DNA of 64,000 nucleotides from positions 124,001-188,000 of the IMG/VR virus record IMGVR_UViG_3300015261_000002; one strand, 5' to 3'. Below are positions 56,081-64,000 of the stretch, in pieces; position 1 is the stretch's first letter; the number at the start of each line of letters is the position of its first letter. Below the pieces are notes generated by a model. It saw only the letters and a program-made list of their open reading frames with translations. It did not search any database and was not told the origin of the DNA. Position numbers and translations under genes: made by a program.

Positions 56081-57484
56081 TTAGAATTCGTACGTCTTGT
56101 TTTCTTCTGGACTCTTGTCCGTTCCGTCACGACGCGCTTTCAGGTTGGCCAGTTTTACAGCAATGGTGTTCACCTCGTGGTTGGCGACCACAGAAGTGTA
56201 ATGTTCAACTTCTTGGGCTTTAAAGTCAGACTGACTGAACACCCAACCCATGAAGCGGTGGATCACGGTACTCTCATACCAAGGACGCAGGTCTTTCGCA
56301 TGGTTCAGCAGTTGCTGCACTTCATCTGCCAGGGCATTCTTTTCAGAGGCCGGCATCTTCGTGTCCTCTTTCAGCTTTTGGATCAGCTGACGGACAGCAT
56401 CTTCAAACCGACGGTGGTCAGCGTTATAGACGCCCGAGTAACCTTTGCTGAAGTAGTTCAGAACAAAGATAAACATATAGAAGACCATGGCCATGAACAA
56501 AGCACCGGCGACGCCGATAGAGATCGTTACCGAGAGCCAGGCAGGCAATGCAATGATCGTGGTCACTGCGGCAATCATCAGGCTGTTGACAACCGTTTGG
56601 ATGCAACCCTGGTCAGTCAGGATGCCGATCGCTGCGATAATGCCCTTGTCACAGCCCATGCGGATGGCGTACATGTCAGCCACAACTTCGGACGACATCG
56701 ACTCAACCCCTACCGACAAACTGCGTCGCATATTACGTTGGGCGATTAATTTATCGAAGTAGAGGAAGACAGTCTTGTCATCCTGTTCTTGGGCGAGCAT
56801 TTGCAGCTCACCTTGTTTGGCCGCTGGAACATCCAGCAGAGAAGCAACATCCTTGAGCACTACAACGCGATCTGAGACGTCTTTAGCCTCGCGATAGTAG
56901 AGCAGGGCGCTCTTCAGGTAGAGGTTGTCAGACGCGACTGTGAGCAGCATCATGCAACCGCTGAACACATGACCGAGTTCGTGGGCGATCGCACCTGCCA
57001 GGATACCCGGCAACGGTACGCCAAACTTCTTCACCTTATCGGCTGGGAAGGTAGCGTTCAGGTCAGGGTTGATCTGGAAGGTCACGGGTACGGTTTGGAA
57101 GGAACCGAGGACCTTACCACTGGTGTAATCGATGCCACCTTTAAACACCTTGTCCTTGTTCTGGGTAAACCAGCGGTACAGGGTGGTTTGAGTTGGCTTC
57201 AGCAGGTCGTCTACCAGTGCGTTGTTCAGCACATGGTTGGGGGAGAAGTAACCGGCGTCAACAGACAGGTTTCCGCTCTTGGAGAACTTCATGTCCACGT
57301 TCTTGAAACCCGTGAACTCCTCGATGAGGTCTTTGATGCCTGGGATGGCTTCTTTACTCAGAACACCGTCGGGACCAATCTGACTTTCGAGGTACAGCGA
57401 CAGCTTGCGGTAGAAGTCAGTGGACTGGAAGTTAATGAACTCCAACCCTCCGACGGGTCGTTTCAAAAAATCCATCGAGATCAT
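56081..57484 (-). CDS. Membrane-anchored HExxH zinc metallopeptidase-like protein in the head operon
   Basis: 467 aa. GAIAHELGH plus downstream SEVVADMYA (gluzincin/M48-like E-x-x-A-D), then a hydrophobic stretch of about 50 aa. Confidence 0.65.
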   Translation of the reverse strand: MISMDFLKRPVGGLEFINFQSTDFYRKLSLYLESQIGPDGVLSKEAIPGIKDLIEEFTGFKNVDMKFSKSGNLSVDAGYFSPNHVLNNALVDDLLKPTQTTLYRWFTQNKDKVFKGGIDYTSGKVLGSFQTVPVTFQINPDLNATFPADKVKKFGVPLPGILAGAIAHELGHVFSGCMMLLTVASDNLYLKSALLYYREAKDVSDRVVVLKDVASLLDVPAAKQGELQMLAQEQDDKTVFLYFDKLIAQRNMRRSLSVGVESMSSEVVADMYAIRMGCDKGIIAAIGILTDQGCIQTVVNSLMIAAVTTIIALPAWLSVTISIGVAGALFMAMVFYMFIFVLNYFSKGYSGVYNADHRRFEDAVRQLIQKLKEDTKMPASEKNALADEVQQLLNHAKDLRPWYESTVIHRFMGWVFSQSDFKAQEVEHYTSVVANHEVNTIAVKLANLKARRDGTDKSPEENKTYEF

Positions 57485-57567
57485 GCACCTGTACTCCTCA
57501 AAGATATTTATTACTGGGACGCCATTGGTATAGCGCTAAAAGCGGGCATAAAATGCAGGATAAACCC

Positions 57568-59427
57568 ATGACACAAAATCTTTCACCAATTATCGCGAAA
57601 GTCTGCAAACATGCTCATTATTCAGAGCATCGCTGGGACAAAACCAAAGACCTCCTCACAGCGAAGATCACGAACATCCATGAGGACGGTACTCGGTCGA
57701 CAACCTTTAAGTCCTACGAGAATTACAAGCAGCCGTTCTGGATCATTAAGGAACAGCATCGCAAGTTCAACCAACCAAAGGACTACATCGAAGAACGGTA
57801 CGTCAGGGAATACCGTTGCAATCGTCGTCAGATTCCATTTGAAGTCAAGAAGCAGTTGTTTGGGGCAGCTGATCGCAGTGCTTCGATTTATGACATCAAG
57901 TCGGGCAAAGGTATTCAATACGTGTTTGGTCTTGACCAGACGCCTGCGGTGCATTTGAAGCAACAGTTCTTTAAACGGTATGCGGAATACCAGGAAAAAG
58001 AAAAGTACACCATTGCGGCATTCGACGTTGAAGCCGACATGGAAGCGATTGGTGAAGTGAAACCGATCATGATGGCTTCGGTCACTATGAAGGACAAAGC
58101 TTACTTCGCCGGGTGCCGGGGTTGGTATCAGTCTCGGCAGGACAAGATTGACCCGAAGGTTCGTTTAACTGACTTTGCGATTTTAGCGGAGTTAAAAGCG
58201 GCCGAGAAGAAGTACCTGCAAGAACACTTGGATCGTCGAGGTTGCACGATTGAGTATGAGTTGTTCGATACACCGGGTCAGGTAGCCTTTGCTTGTATTC
58301 AGAAGTTCCACGAGTGGGAACCAGACTGGGTACTGAGCTGGAACGCCGCTTACGATATGGAAGCGTGTGAGCGTGCATTGCGGTCCGAGGGTTATAACCT
58401 GGCCGACGTGTATTGCGATCCTCGTGTTCCAAAAGAGTATCGGATGTATGAACTTAACCTGGGTCGTACACACAAGGTTAAAGAGAACGGCGACCGTACT
58501 CCTCTCGAACCTCAAGAGAAGTTCCCAACCGTTCGTTGTGTAGCAACATGGCAGTGGGCTGATGCCATGTCGGGTTATGCCATCAAGCGATTCTCTTCGG
58601 GTAAGCTCGAGAGTTACTCGCTGGAGGCGACTGCGCAACGGGAGAAGGTCAAGGGTAAGCTGTACACCGAAGAAGGCGCTGATAAGCTCCCAGGGTCTCC
58701 TCAGTGGCATCGATACATGCAGAAGCATTATCCGTATCTGTATTCGATGTACAACATTGGCGATAACTTCCCAATCGAAGAGATCAACGAAACCACGCTG
58801 GACTTTGTACTGTCGATTCCAATGCTGCTGCGTTATTCGGAGTATTTCAACTTCGTTTCGCAACCACGTTTGATTGCAGATACCTTGTCCTTTATTGCGC
58901 GTGAGCATGGTTACGTTTGGGGCAGCACTCCTGCTAAACGGGATAAAGTCTTTACTGACCGACTGCCGACTCTCGACAACTGGATTGCACTTCTCGATAC
59001 TGAGAAGAACGCAGACATGGGTCGGGCAATCTTTATCGGTCTGGATGACGTTATCAGTGCGGGTCGTGGTCTTACTGACGACCTTGACGTTGAAGGGGCG
59101 TACCCAACCGGTACACTGGCTTCTAACGCAGCGAACAAAACCACGCAGATGGAGGTGTATGCCATTCAGGGTGCTAATGACATGAAGTTCCGGGAGATTG
59201 CCGTGAACTATGCCAGCAGTACTCAAGCGAATGCCATGGGTCTGAGTCACGCACTGTTCCGTTTCCCACAAGCCGACAAACTGCAATCTGAGTTTGAGAA
59301 AGGTTTGGAAGAACTGGGTTATGCAGACATGTTGAAGCAACTGCGTGAAAGTGCAGAGAAAGCAAAAGCAGAACGAGAAGCACGTCAAGCCAAAGTCCTA
59401 CCAGAAGTACTGAAAGAAGCGGCGTAA
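57568..59427 (+). CDS. Split family-B DNA polymerase, exonuclease plus motif-A subunit (phiKZ gp82-like)
   Basis: Start ATG 57568 (SD AGGA), 619 aa. ExoI AAFDVEAD, ExoII SWNAAYD, ExoIII MYNIGD and motif-A-like DLDVEGAYPT; no motif B or C. Confidence 0.88.
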   Translation: MTQNLSPIIAKVCKHAHYSEHRWDKTKDLLTAKITNIHEDGTRSTTFKSYENYKQPFWIIKEQHRKFNQPKDYIEERYVREYRCNRRQIPFEVKKQLFGAADRSASIYDIKSGKGIQYVFGLDQTPAVHLKQQFFKRYAEYQEKEKYTIAAFDVEADMEAIGEVKPIMMASVTMKDKAYFAGCRGWYQSRQDKIDPKVRLTDFAILAELKAAEKKYLQEHLDRRGCTIEYELFDTPGQVAFACIQKFHEWEPDWVLSWNAAYDMEACERALRSEGYNLADVYCDPRVPKEYRMYELNLGRTHKVKENGDRTPLEPQEKFPTVRCVATWQWADAMSGYAIKRFSSGKLESYSLEATAQREKVKGKLYTEEGADKLPGSPQWHRYMQKHYPYLYSMYNIGDNFPIEEINETTLDFVLSIPMLLRYSEYFNFVSQPRLIADTLSFIAREHGYVWGSTPAKRDKVFTDRLPTLDNWIALLDTEKNADMGRAIFIGLDDVISAGRGLTDDLDVEGAYPTGTLASNAANKTTQMEVYAIQGANDMKFREIAVNYASSTQANAMGLSHALFRFPQADKLQSEFEKGLEELGYADMLKQLRESAEKAKAEREARQAKVLPEVLKEAA

Positions 59428-59428
59428 A

Positions 59429-59477
59429 GCAGCTATAAACCCTCCTACTCCCTTTGTCGGGGAGTAGGAGGGTTTAT
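59429..59477. terminator. Bidirectional terminator
   Basis: 18-bp stem ATAAACCCTCCTACTCCC / GGGAGTAGGAGGGTTTAT preceded by GCAGCT. Confidence 0.85.
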
Positions 59478-59512
59478 TCACGATCGATGCTCAGAACGCC
59501 TTACAGACGTTA

Positions 59513-60592
59513 TTAAGCAGCGATACCAAAGACCTTGTTCAGGGCATTGGACGCTTCGGTCACGCGGGTGTAGTTGGCTTCGATCAGCTTGGACGCTTTA
59601 ACGCCAGTACCAACGATCACACGCAGAGCGGCGATGTCTTTCTGGAGTTCAGTTTTGTCTTTCGCTTCTTTGGCCTTCTTCATCTTCGCTTCAGCGCTGG
59701 CCAGCAGTTTCTCGATGGCCGACTTCTTGTTCTTGAATTCGTCGGAGAACGCCTTCAGGGACACGATGTTGGTGGCGCAGTCTTTGCTGAACTGGATGGC
59801 AGCAGCAGGCTCGGTGATGGAGGTGGCTTTTTCCAGCTTGGCCAGGAACTGAGCGTCCCGGGTCATGAACTTGGTAACCAGGCCAGCCATGTCGATGGCG
59901 TTGTCGGTGAAGTCGGTGTTACCCGACAGGTGACCGGCGGCTTGCTTTTCCTTGTCGCTGCCCTGGGAAGTGGCGAGGGTCAGGAATGCTTTCTTCGCCT
60001 TCACAGCCGCAGCCACAACGTTGGCCAGAGTTGCTTGAGCCTTCTTGTTCATCTTGCCCATTTCTTTCAGGGCAGCCTTGACGGCGTCGCGCTTCTCTTT
60101 CAGGCCCTTCTTCTTGGCGTCAGCGATTTCTTTCGCAGTTGCTTCGGAAACGTTGCCGGCCATCGCGTTCAGTTGCTTGTCGGCGGTGGCTTCGTCCTGG
60201 GTACCCGAAACAGCGGCTTGGAGTTCAGCAGCGTTTTCGTTGCACGCTTCTTTGGCCACTTCAGCGTCTTTGGCGCTGTCACGGTTGAAGAAGAAGTCCC
60301 AGATGGACTTGAAGGTTTTAGCGATGTAGTCATACACCGCTTTGAAGCCGTTGCCGATGGCGGAGAACACGCCTTCGTTACCGGTCACTTGAGCGCCGGT
60401 AATAATGCCAGCAGCACTGAGCACGCCTTGAGCATAACGCTGAGCGTCAGTCAGGGAGATCGATTCGGTACCCGCAACGTCCAGCTGTTCAGCCGTATCG
60501 TTGAGGGCGTCGAACATGATCTCGACGTGCGGTACGTCGGGGAGACCAAAGCCGTCGCCATCAGGTTGGTAGGAGCCTTCTACGTATTCCAT
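59513..60592 (-). CDS. Abundant head/ejection protein paralog
   Basis: 359 aa, capsid-like codon bias; AGTE and TGNE|GVFSAIGNGFKAVYDYIAKTFKSIWDFFF; K/A-rich body like 40023..41450. Confidence 0.7.
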   Translation of the reverse strand: MEYVEGSYQPDGDGFGLPDVPHVEIMFDALNDTAEQLDVAGTESISLTDAQRYAQGVLSAAGIITGAQVTGNEGVFSAIGNGFKAVYDYIAKTFKSIWDFFFNRDSAKDAEVAKEACNENAAELQAAVSGTQDEATADKQLNAMAGNVSEATAKEIADAKKKGLKEKRDAVKAALKEMGKMNKKAQATLANVVAAAVKAKKAFLTLATSQGSDKEKQAAGHLSGNTDFTDNAIDMAGLVTKFMTRDAQFLAKLEKATSITEPAAAIQFSKDCATNIVSLKAFSDEFKNKKSAIEKLLASAEAKMKKAKEAKDKTELQKDIAALRVIVGTGVKASKLIEANYTRVTEASNALNKVFGIAA

Positions 60593-60641
60593 TTGTTCGA
60601 TCCTTGCGGGGAGGGGGTTATGATGTATTGACGGCGGTGGA

Positions 60642-61271
60642 TTAGACGTTGGTCAGGTAGCGGAAGTACTGGGTAACGTTTTCTTTACCCTTGCGATTCA
60701 GGTCAGTGATAACACTGGCCAGGTCGATCAGCGAGTGCAACTTGTACCGCGCTTCCCAGTTCTTGGCGACCATGGTCAAGAACGCGAGGTAGGTGTGGTA
60801 CAGGCGGATGGTCTGGGCAGGGTACTTCTTGTCCAGTCCCACGGTGTAACGGAATGCCAGGCCGCTGGAGAACACATCAGCGTTCTGACGGATGACGGTC
60901 AGCAGGTCGTCGGTAACGACAACGAACTGTTCGAAATCGAGGCGCATGGAGTTGCCGATCGTTTCAATGAAACTGATCTGTTCGTCCTGCTCTTCCTTCT
61001 TGTCCTTGAAGCGGCGACGACCGGCCAAGAATTCGATGTGGCGGTTGATACGAGTGACCATGATGTCAGTCGTGGTATCGCCCTTAGCGTTGACCATCTT
61101 GGCAATGCCGATGACCATTGGCTCAGGTTCGAAAGTAGCCTCAGCAGGAGCAGCAGCTTTGGCAGGTTGGGTGATAACAGCAGGGGCTTTAGCAGCAGGT
61201 GCGGCAACCTCCTTTGCTTCATCACCACTGAGATCTTCGCTCTCAGGTGGCGTGTATTCATTTTTGCTCAT
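60642..61271 (-). CDS. Conserved hypothetical protein (phiKZ gp79-like position)
   Basis: 209 aa with an A/P-rich N-tail and a helical C-terminal domain. Confidence 0.6.
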   Translation of the reverse strand: MSKNEYTPPESEDLSGDEAKEVAAPAAKAPAVITQPAKAAAPAEATFEPEPMVIGIAKMVNAKGDTTTDIMVTRINRHIEFLAGRRRFKDKKEEQDEQISFIETIGNSMRLDFEQFVVVTDDLLTVIRQNADVFSSGLAFRYTVGLDKKYPAQTIRLYHTYLAFLTMVAKNWEARYKLHSLIDLASVITDLNRKGKENVTQYFRYLTNV

Positions 61272-61322
61272 GGAAAGGGCCCTTTCGTAGAGAGTTATAG
61301 GCTACCGTAAATACGGTTTCAG

Positions 61323-61369
61323 CATAAAATACGCCTCCACCCCTAGGGTCCGCTGGGACCCTAGAGGCG
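61323..61369 (-). terminator. Hairpin followed by a candidate late promoter
   Basis: CGCCUC...CUAGGGUCC-loop-GGACCCUAG...GAGGCG then UAUUUUAUGC; the GTATTTTATG 10-mer is identical to the one upstream of the capsid gene. Confidence 0.6.
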
Positions 61370-61377
61370 AAAGGTAT

Positions 61378-61914
61378 CTAAAACAGTTTCTTGTCCAAAC
61401 CCAGCTGTCGCATAACTTCCAGCACGTCTTTGTTGGTATCCCCAACCTTTGGCATTTTGGTATTACCATTTGACTCAGGTGGGTTATCCTGCTTGTCCCG
61501 CTGACTACGTCCTTCACCCACACCCGTGATCAAGTCATCGATCATAAACATGGGCATTTCCATGTAATCCCTTAACGGCATGATCTCATGGAGTTTGTAG
61601 AACCCATACTTCTTAGCGACAGACTTAATTGACCACTCATGGTAGAACTCGTTCTCCTCAGGAATGTAGAGAACCGAAGAGAACGGATCCATGGTGGCAG
61701 GGGTGTAGTAGTTCATGTTCAAGTCATGCAACATGGACTCGTTAAACGACATCGCCTCTGGGGTAACATCCTTCATGGACTTACCCAGAAGCGAATTGTT
61801 TACCTGGTTGAACGCGGGACTGAAGACAATCCGATTGTTGACGCGCTCTATTATTGCGAGAGGGCTTCGGATTTGACTTTGTTTTGGACGGCCGTCTGCT
61901 TGAGCATTGACCAC
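61378..61914 (-). CDS. Conserved hypothetical protein (phiKZ gp78-like position), start uncertain
   Basis: Up to 178 aa from GTG 61914; a later ATG is possible. LRDYMEMP motif resembles baseplate-hub chaperone partners. Confidence 0.5.
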   Translation of the reverse strand: MVNAQADGRPKQSQIRSPLAIIERVNNRIVFSPAFNQVNNSLLGKSMKDVTPEAMSFNESMLHDLNMNYYTPATMDPFSSVLYIPEENEFYHEWSIKSVAKKYGFYKLHEIMPLRDYMEMPMFMIDDLITGVGEGRSQRDKQDNPPESNGNTKMPKVGDTNKDVLEVMRQLGLDKKLF

Positions 61915-63578
61915 TGGGTGAGGGTAAAAAAACTCATCACCGGATCGATAGGCGTGTAGCCCAGCTTACGATCCAGGAGGTTTTCGGGGTCTTCCAGGTC
62001 GGCCATGTTCTTGCGGCACTTCGGACACACGTAGTTACGCACACCAAAGAAGGTACGCGACATGTACGGGGTCTTGTTCAGCACGAACTTGACGAGGTTA
62101 CGGTTGAGGTCTTCGTGGTCACGCAGTACATCGAGAAGACCGCCGTTGAAGTCGTTCGGTTCGATTTCGCTGCGGTTGAACACCGTTTCCTTTTCGTCGG
62201 TGTTTTCTGCCGGCAGGTCGACCTGACGTTGCACCCAGTGGATGAACTCGGTAGAACCGAGGTTGTTGTGAACCATCGTCACCTGAGTTTGGTATTCGGC
62301 CGGATCGATCAACTTCGTACGCAGCTCAGCCAACTCAGGGTTGATCTCGCCGATAAAGAAGTCGAACGCGTCGAAGGCTTCAGCCAGGGTAGGCGGTGCA
62401 CATTCCAGGTACATCGTTCTGTCGTCGTTGTACACGCGGTTGCTTTCGAGACCGTAGGTCGAAGCACGGCTCATGGCACGCGTTTCTTCCATGGTGTACT
62501 TCGCATGGCCGTTCAGCAGGTTGGCGTAGATCGCCTCATCAGCATCGCTGGTGATGTGGTGACGATGACGCAGCAGCTTGCTTGCCTGCACCAACTTGAA
62601 GGCTTCCCAATCACAGCTGCCGGAGAAGCAACGGAGGTTGAGGTTGATACCCTTGGCGTTGGTGGACTCGATGAGCGCACTGATGATGGCATCCATGTCG
62701 GTCAGCAGGATCACGTTGGACAGCTGATTGAAGTCAGCCAGGTCAGTAACGCTGGAGTTCGTGATACGCTTCGCGATGAAGTTCCAGATCACACGGATCG
62801 ATGCAATGCGAGCCAGGACGGCGCTGTTGTTGCCGATCTGCTGTACATAGCCGGTGATGGTCCGGCGGATGTCGTTCAGCAGCGAGCCCATCTCGGTGTG
62901 GTTAGTCCGCGAGAAAGCGAACATCGCAAACGAGTCACGGCAGAGAACGTCGAAGGCCAGCTTGTCGGCACCGGGTGCTGTGGTTTTACGCGCAGCACGA
63001 CGACGCATGTTTTCACGAGCCGAGAAGCCTTCGGTCTGAGCAGAAGGACGTTTACCGACGACGTCACCGGTGTTTACACCGCCACGGTTGGCGACGTTGC
63101 TGAGACCCGGCTCATTCATGATCGAGGTACGAACTTTCAGCTCGTCCTGGATCTCCGACATGAACGCATACATGTCGGCAGCGTGTGCCATGACCTGGTC
63201 AGAGGTCTTGCCCGGGAACTTCTCTTCGATGTACGCCATCCAGTCCGCTTCAGCCTTCTTGAAGACCGACTCAGGGATGCGCTCTTCCTCGTACATGGCC
63301 TTGGAGCCACTGAAGGTCAACCAACGGCCAATGACGCTCTGGGCCTTCTGGATGTCTTCCTTGCGGTTACCGAGGAACACAGTGAGGAAACCACCGTCTT
63401 GACGTTCTTCTTCGGAGAGGTCGCGGAGGACTTCATCTTCAGGAGCCAGGACTTGCTTCATCGTGGTGTTTTGAGCGGTGTGTACGTCGTGGTGCGTTGG
63501 AGTTGATGCAGTCGGTGCAGGAGTTGCATCAGCACCTTGAACAGACGTCTCAACCGGATCTTGAGGTTCAGTACTCAT
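61851..63578 (-). CDS. Conserved protein (phiKZ gp77-like; possible baseplate-hub assembly protein)
   Basis: 575 aa, SD AGGAAG; CFSGSC and CPKC cysteine pairs; acidic N-tail. Confidence 0.6.
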   Translation of the reverse strand: MSTEPQDPVETSVQGADATPAPTASTPTHHDVHTAQNTTMKQVLAPEDEVLRDLSEEERQDGGFLTVFLGNRKEDIQKAQSVIGRWLTFSGSKAMYEEERIPESVFKKAEADWMAYIEEKFPGKTSDQVMAHAADMYAFMSEIQDELKVRTSIMNEPGLSNVANRGGVNTGDVVGKRPSAQTEGFSARENMRRRAARKTTAPGADKLAFDVLCRDSFAMFAFSRTNHTEMGSLLNDIRRTITGYVQQIGNNSAVLARIASIRVIWNFIAKRITNSSVTDLADFNQLSNVILLTDMDAIISALIESTNAKGINLNLRCFSGSCDWEAFKLVQASKLLRHRHHITSDADEAIYANLLNGHAKYTMEETRAMSRASTYGLESNRVYNDDRTMYLECAPPTLAEAFDAFDFFIGEINPELAELRTKLIDPAEYQTQVTMVHNNLGSTEFIHWVQRQVDLPAENTDEKETVFNRSEIEPNDFNGGLLDVLRDHEDLNRNLVKFVLNKTPYMSRTFFGVRNYVCPKCRKNMADLEDPENLLDRKLGYTPIDPVMSFFTLTQWSMLKQTAVQNKVKSEALSQ

Positions 63579-63601
63579 GTACTACTTCCTTGCTTAAGGG
63601 G

Positions 63602-64000
63602 TTAGTTAACTTGTTTGGCGCCAATGTCTTCATAGGCGTCTTCAGGCAACACGGTGCCTTCCAGCGGCTTGCTGGCTGCCGGTGCGGCGGAAGGCGAGAC
63701 AGTGCGGTAGGTCGCAGCAACGATGGCCATACGCTCACCGTGCAGACGCATGCCGAAGGTGTAGTTGTCTTCGTCCTGGCCTTTGTGTTCGCGGACGTAT
63801 TCGTTGATGATTTCTTCGCGAGGACGCAGCACACCTTCCATAACGGACGGGATGTCGAATTCCATCACTTCGGCGAGGGTGTCGGTGTAGTGGACGAACA
63901 GTGAGATGTAATCGTCGACTTCCTGGCCTTTGTTGATGAACTCGAAGATGGCATGAACGTCTTCGGCGATCGAGACGATCTTCTGATCGAAGAGGTTGAT
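63602..64000 (-). CDS. Hypothetical protein, 5' end beyond the window
   Basis: The frame of the 63602..63868 ORF stays open to base 64000 (...INLFDQKIVSIAEDVHAIFEF...). Confidence 0.7.
   Translation of the reverse strand: MNLFDQKIVSIAEDVHAIFEFINKGQEVDDYISLFVHYTDTLAEVMEFDIPSVMEGVLRPREEIINEYVREHKGQDEDNYTFGMRLHGERMAIVAATYRTVSPSAAPAASKPLEGTVLPEDAYEDIGAKQVN

Noticed and set aside
57505-57514. TTTATTAC upstream of the DNA polymerase gene as an early promoter
   Set aside because: It has one mismatch to TATATTAC in AT-rich DNA. Plausible, but too weak to list as a feature.
26541-59427. Introns, inteins or homing endonucleases in the nvRNAP, DnaB and DNA polymerase genes, common in jumbo phages
   Set aside because: All three ORFs are continuous and of expected size, with no LAGLIDADG, HNH or intein terminal motifs.
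1-64000. Stop-codon reassignment or alternative genetic code
   Set aside because: The standard code gives full-length, tightly packed genes, and TAA, TGA and TAG all occur as real stops.
1-64000. CRISPR array, tRNA or rRNA genes, insertion sequences
   Set aside because: No regularly spaced repeats, cloverleaf with T-loop consensus, transposase or terminal inverted repeats were seen. The intergenic inverted repeats are terminator-type hairpins.

Overview
This 64-kb window comes from a phiKZ-like (Chimalliviridae-type) jumbo myophage. It is about 95% coding, mostly on the minus strand, and its gene order matches the phiKZ gp77-gp139 / SPN3US core block. Assignments rest on protein motifs plus remembered gene order; no database search was run. 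From left to right: three large paralogous tail/baseplate fibre genes and a short fourth paralog (the first runs off the left edge and is missing from the ORF track); a gp130-like virion gene; an overlapping i-spanin/o-spanin pair facing a two-TM holin candidate; a RuvC-like resolvase; baseplate genes; the portal candidate; a five-gene accessory cassette behind a phiKZ-type early promoter (TATATTAC); the non-virion RNA polymerase beta-N subunit; the major capsid protein; DnaB helicase; neck/baseplate genes; a long array of head/ejection proteins; the exonuclease half of the split family-B DNA polymerase; and gp77-79-like genes. I found no tRNA, CRISPR array, intron, intein, transposase, reverse transcriptase or stop-codon recoding. 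The most notable observations are: (1) two adjacent accessory genes share an unnoticed 47-aa N-terminal module and sit near a glycine-zipper membrane protein; (2) head proteins carry a near-universal G-x-E maturation motif, usually followed by an amphipathic helix; (3) a membrane HExxH metalloprotease lies among the head genes; (4) many core-gene hairpins end in UUAU(A/G)GC(U/C)GC instead of a U-tract; (5) divergent genes only 22-33 bp apart, one pair sharing a palindromic Shine-Dalgarno; (6) a candidate lysis module; (7) no virion-RNAP beta-prime gene at its usual position. No single new system is proven from sequence alone.
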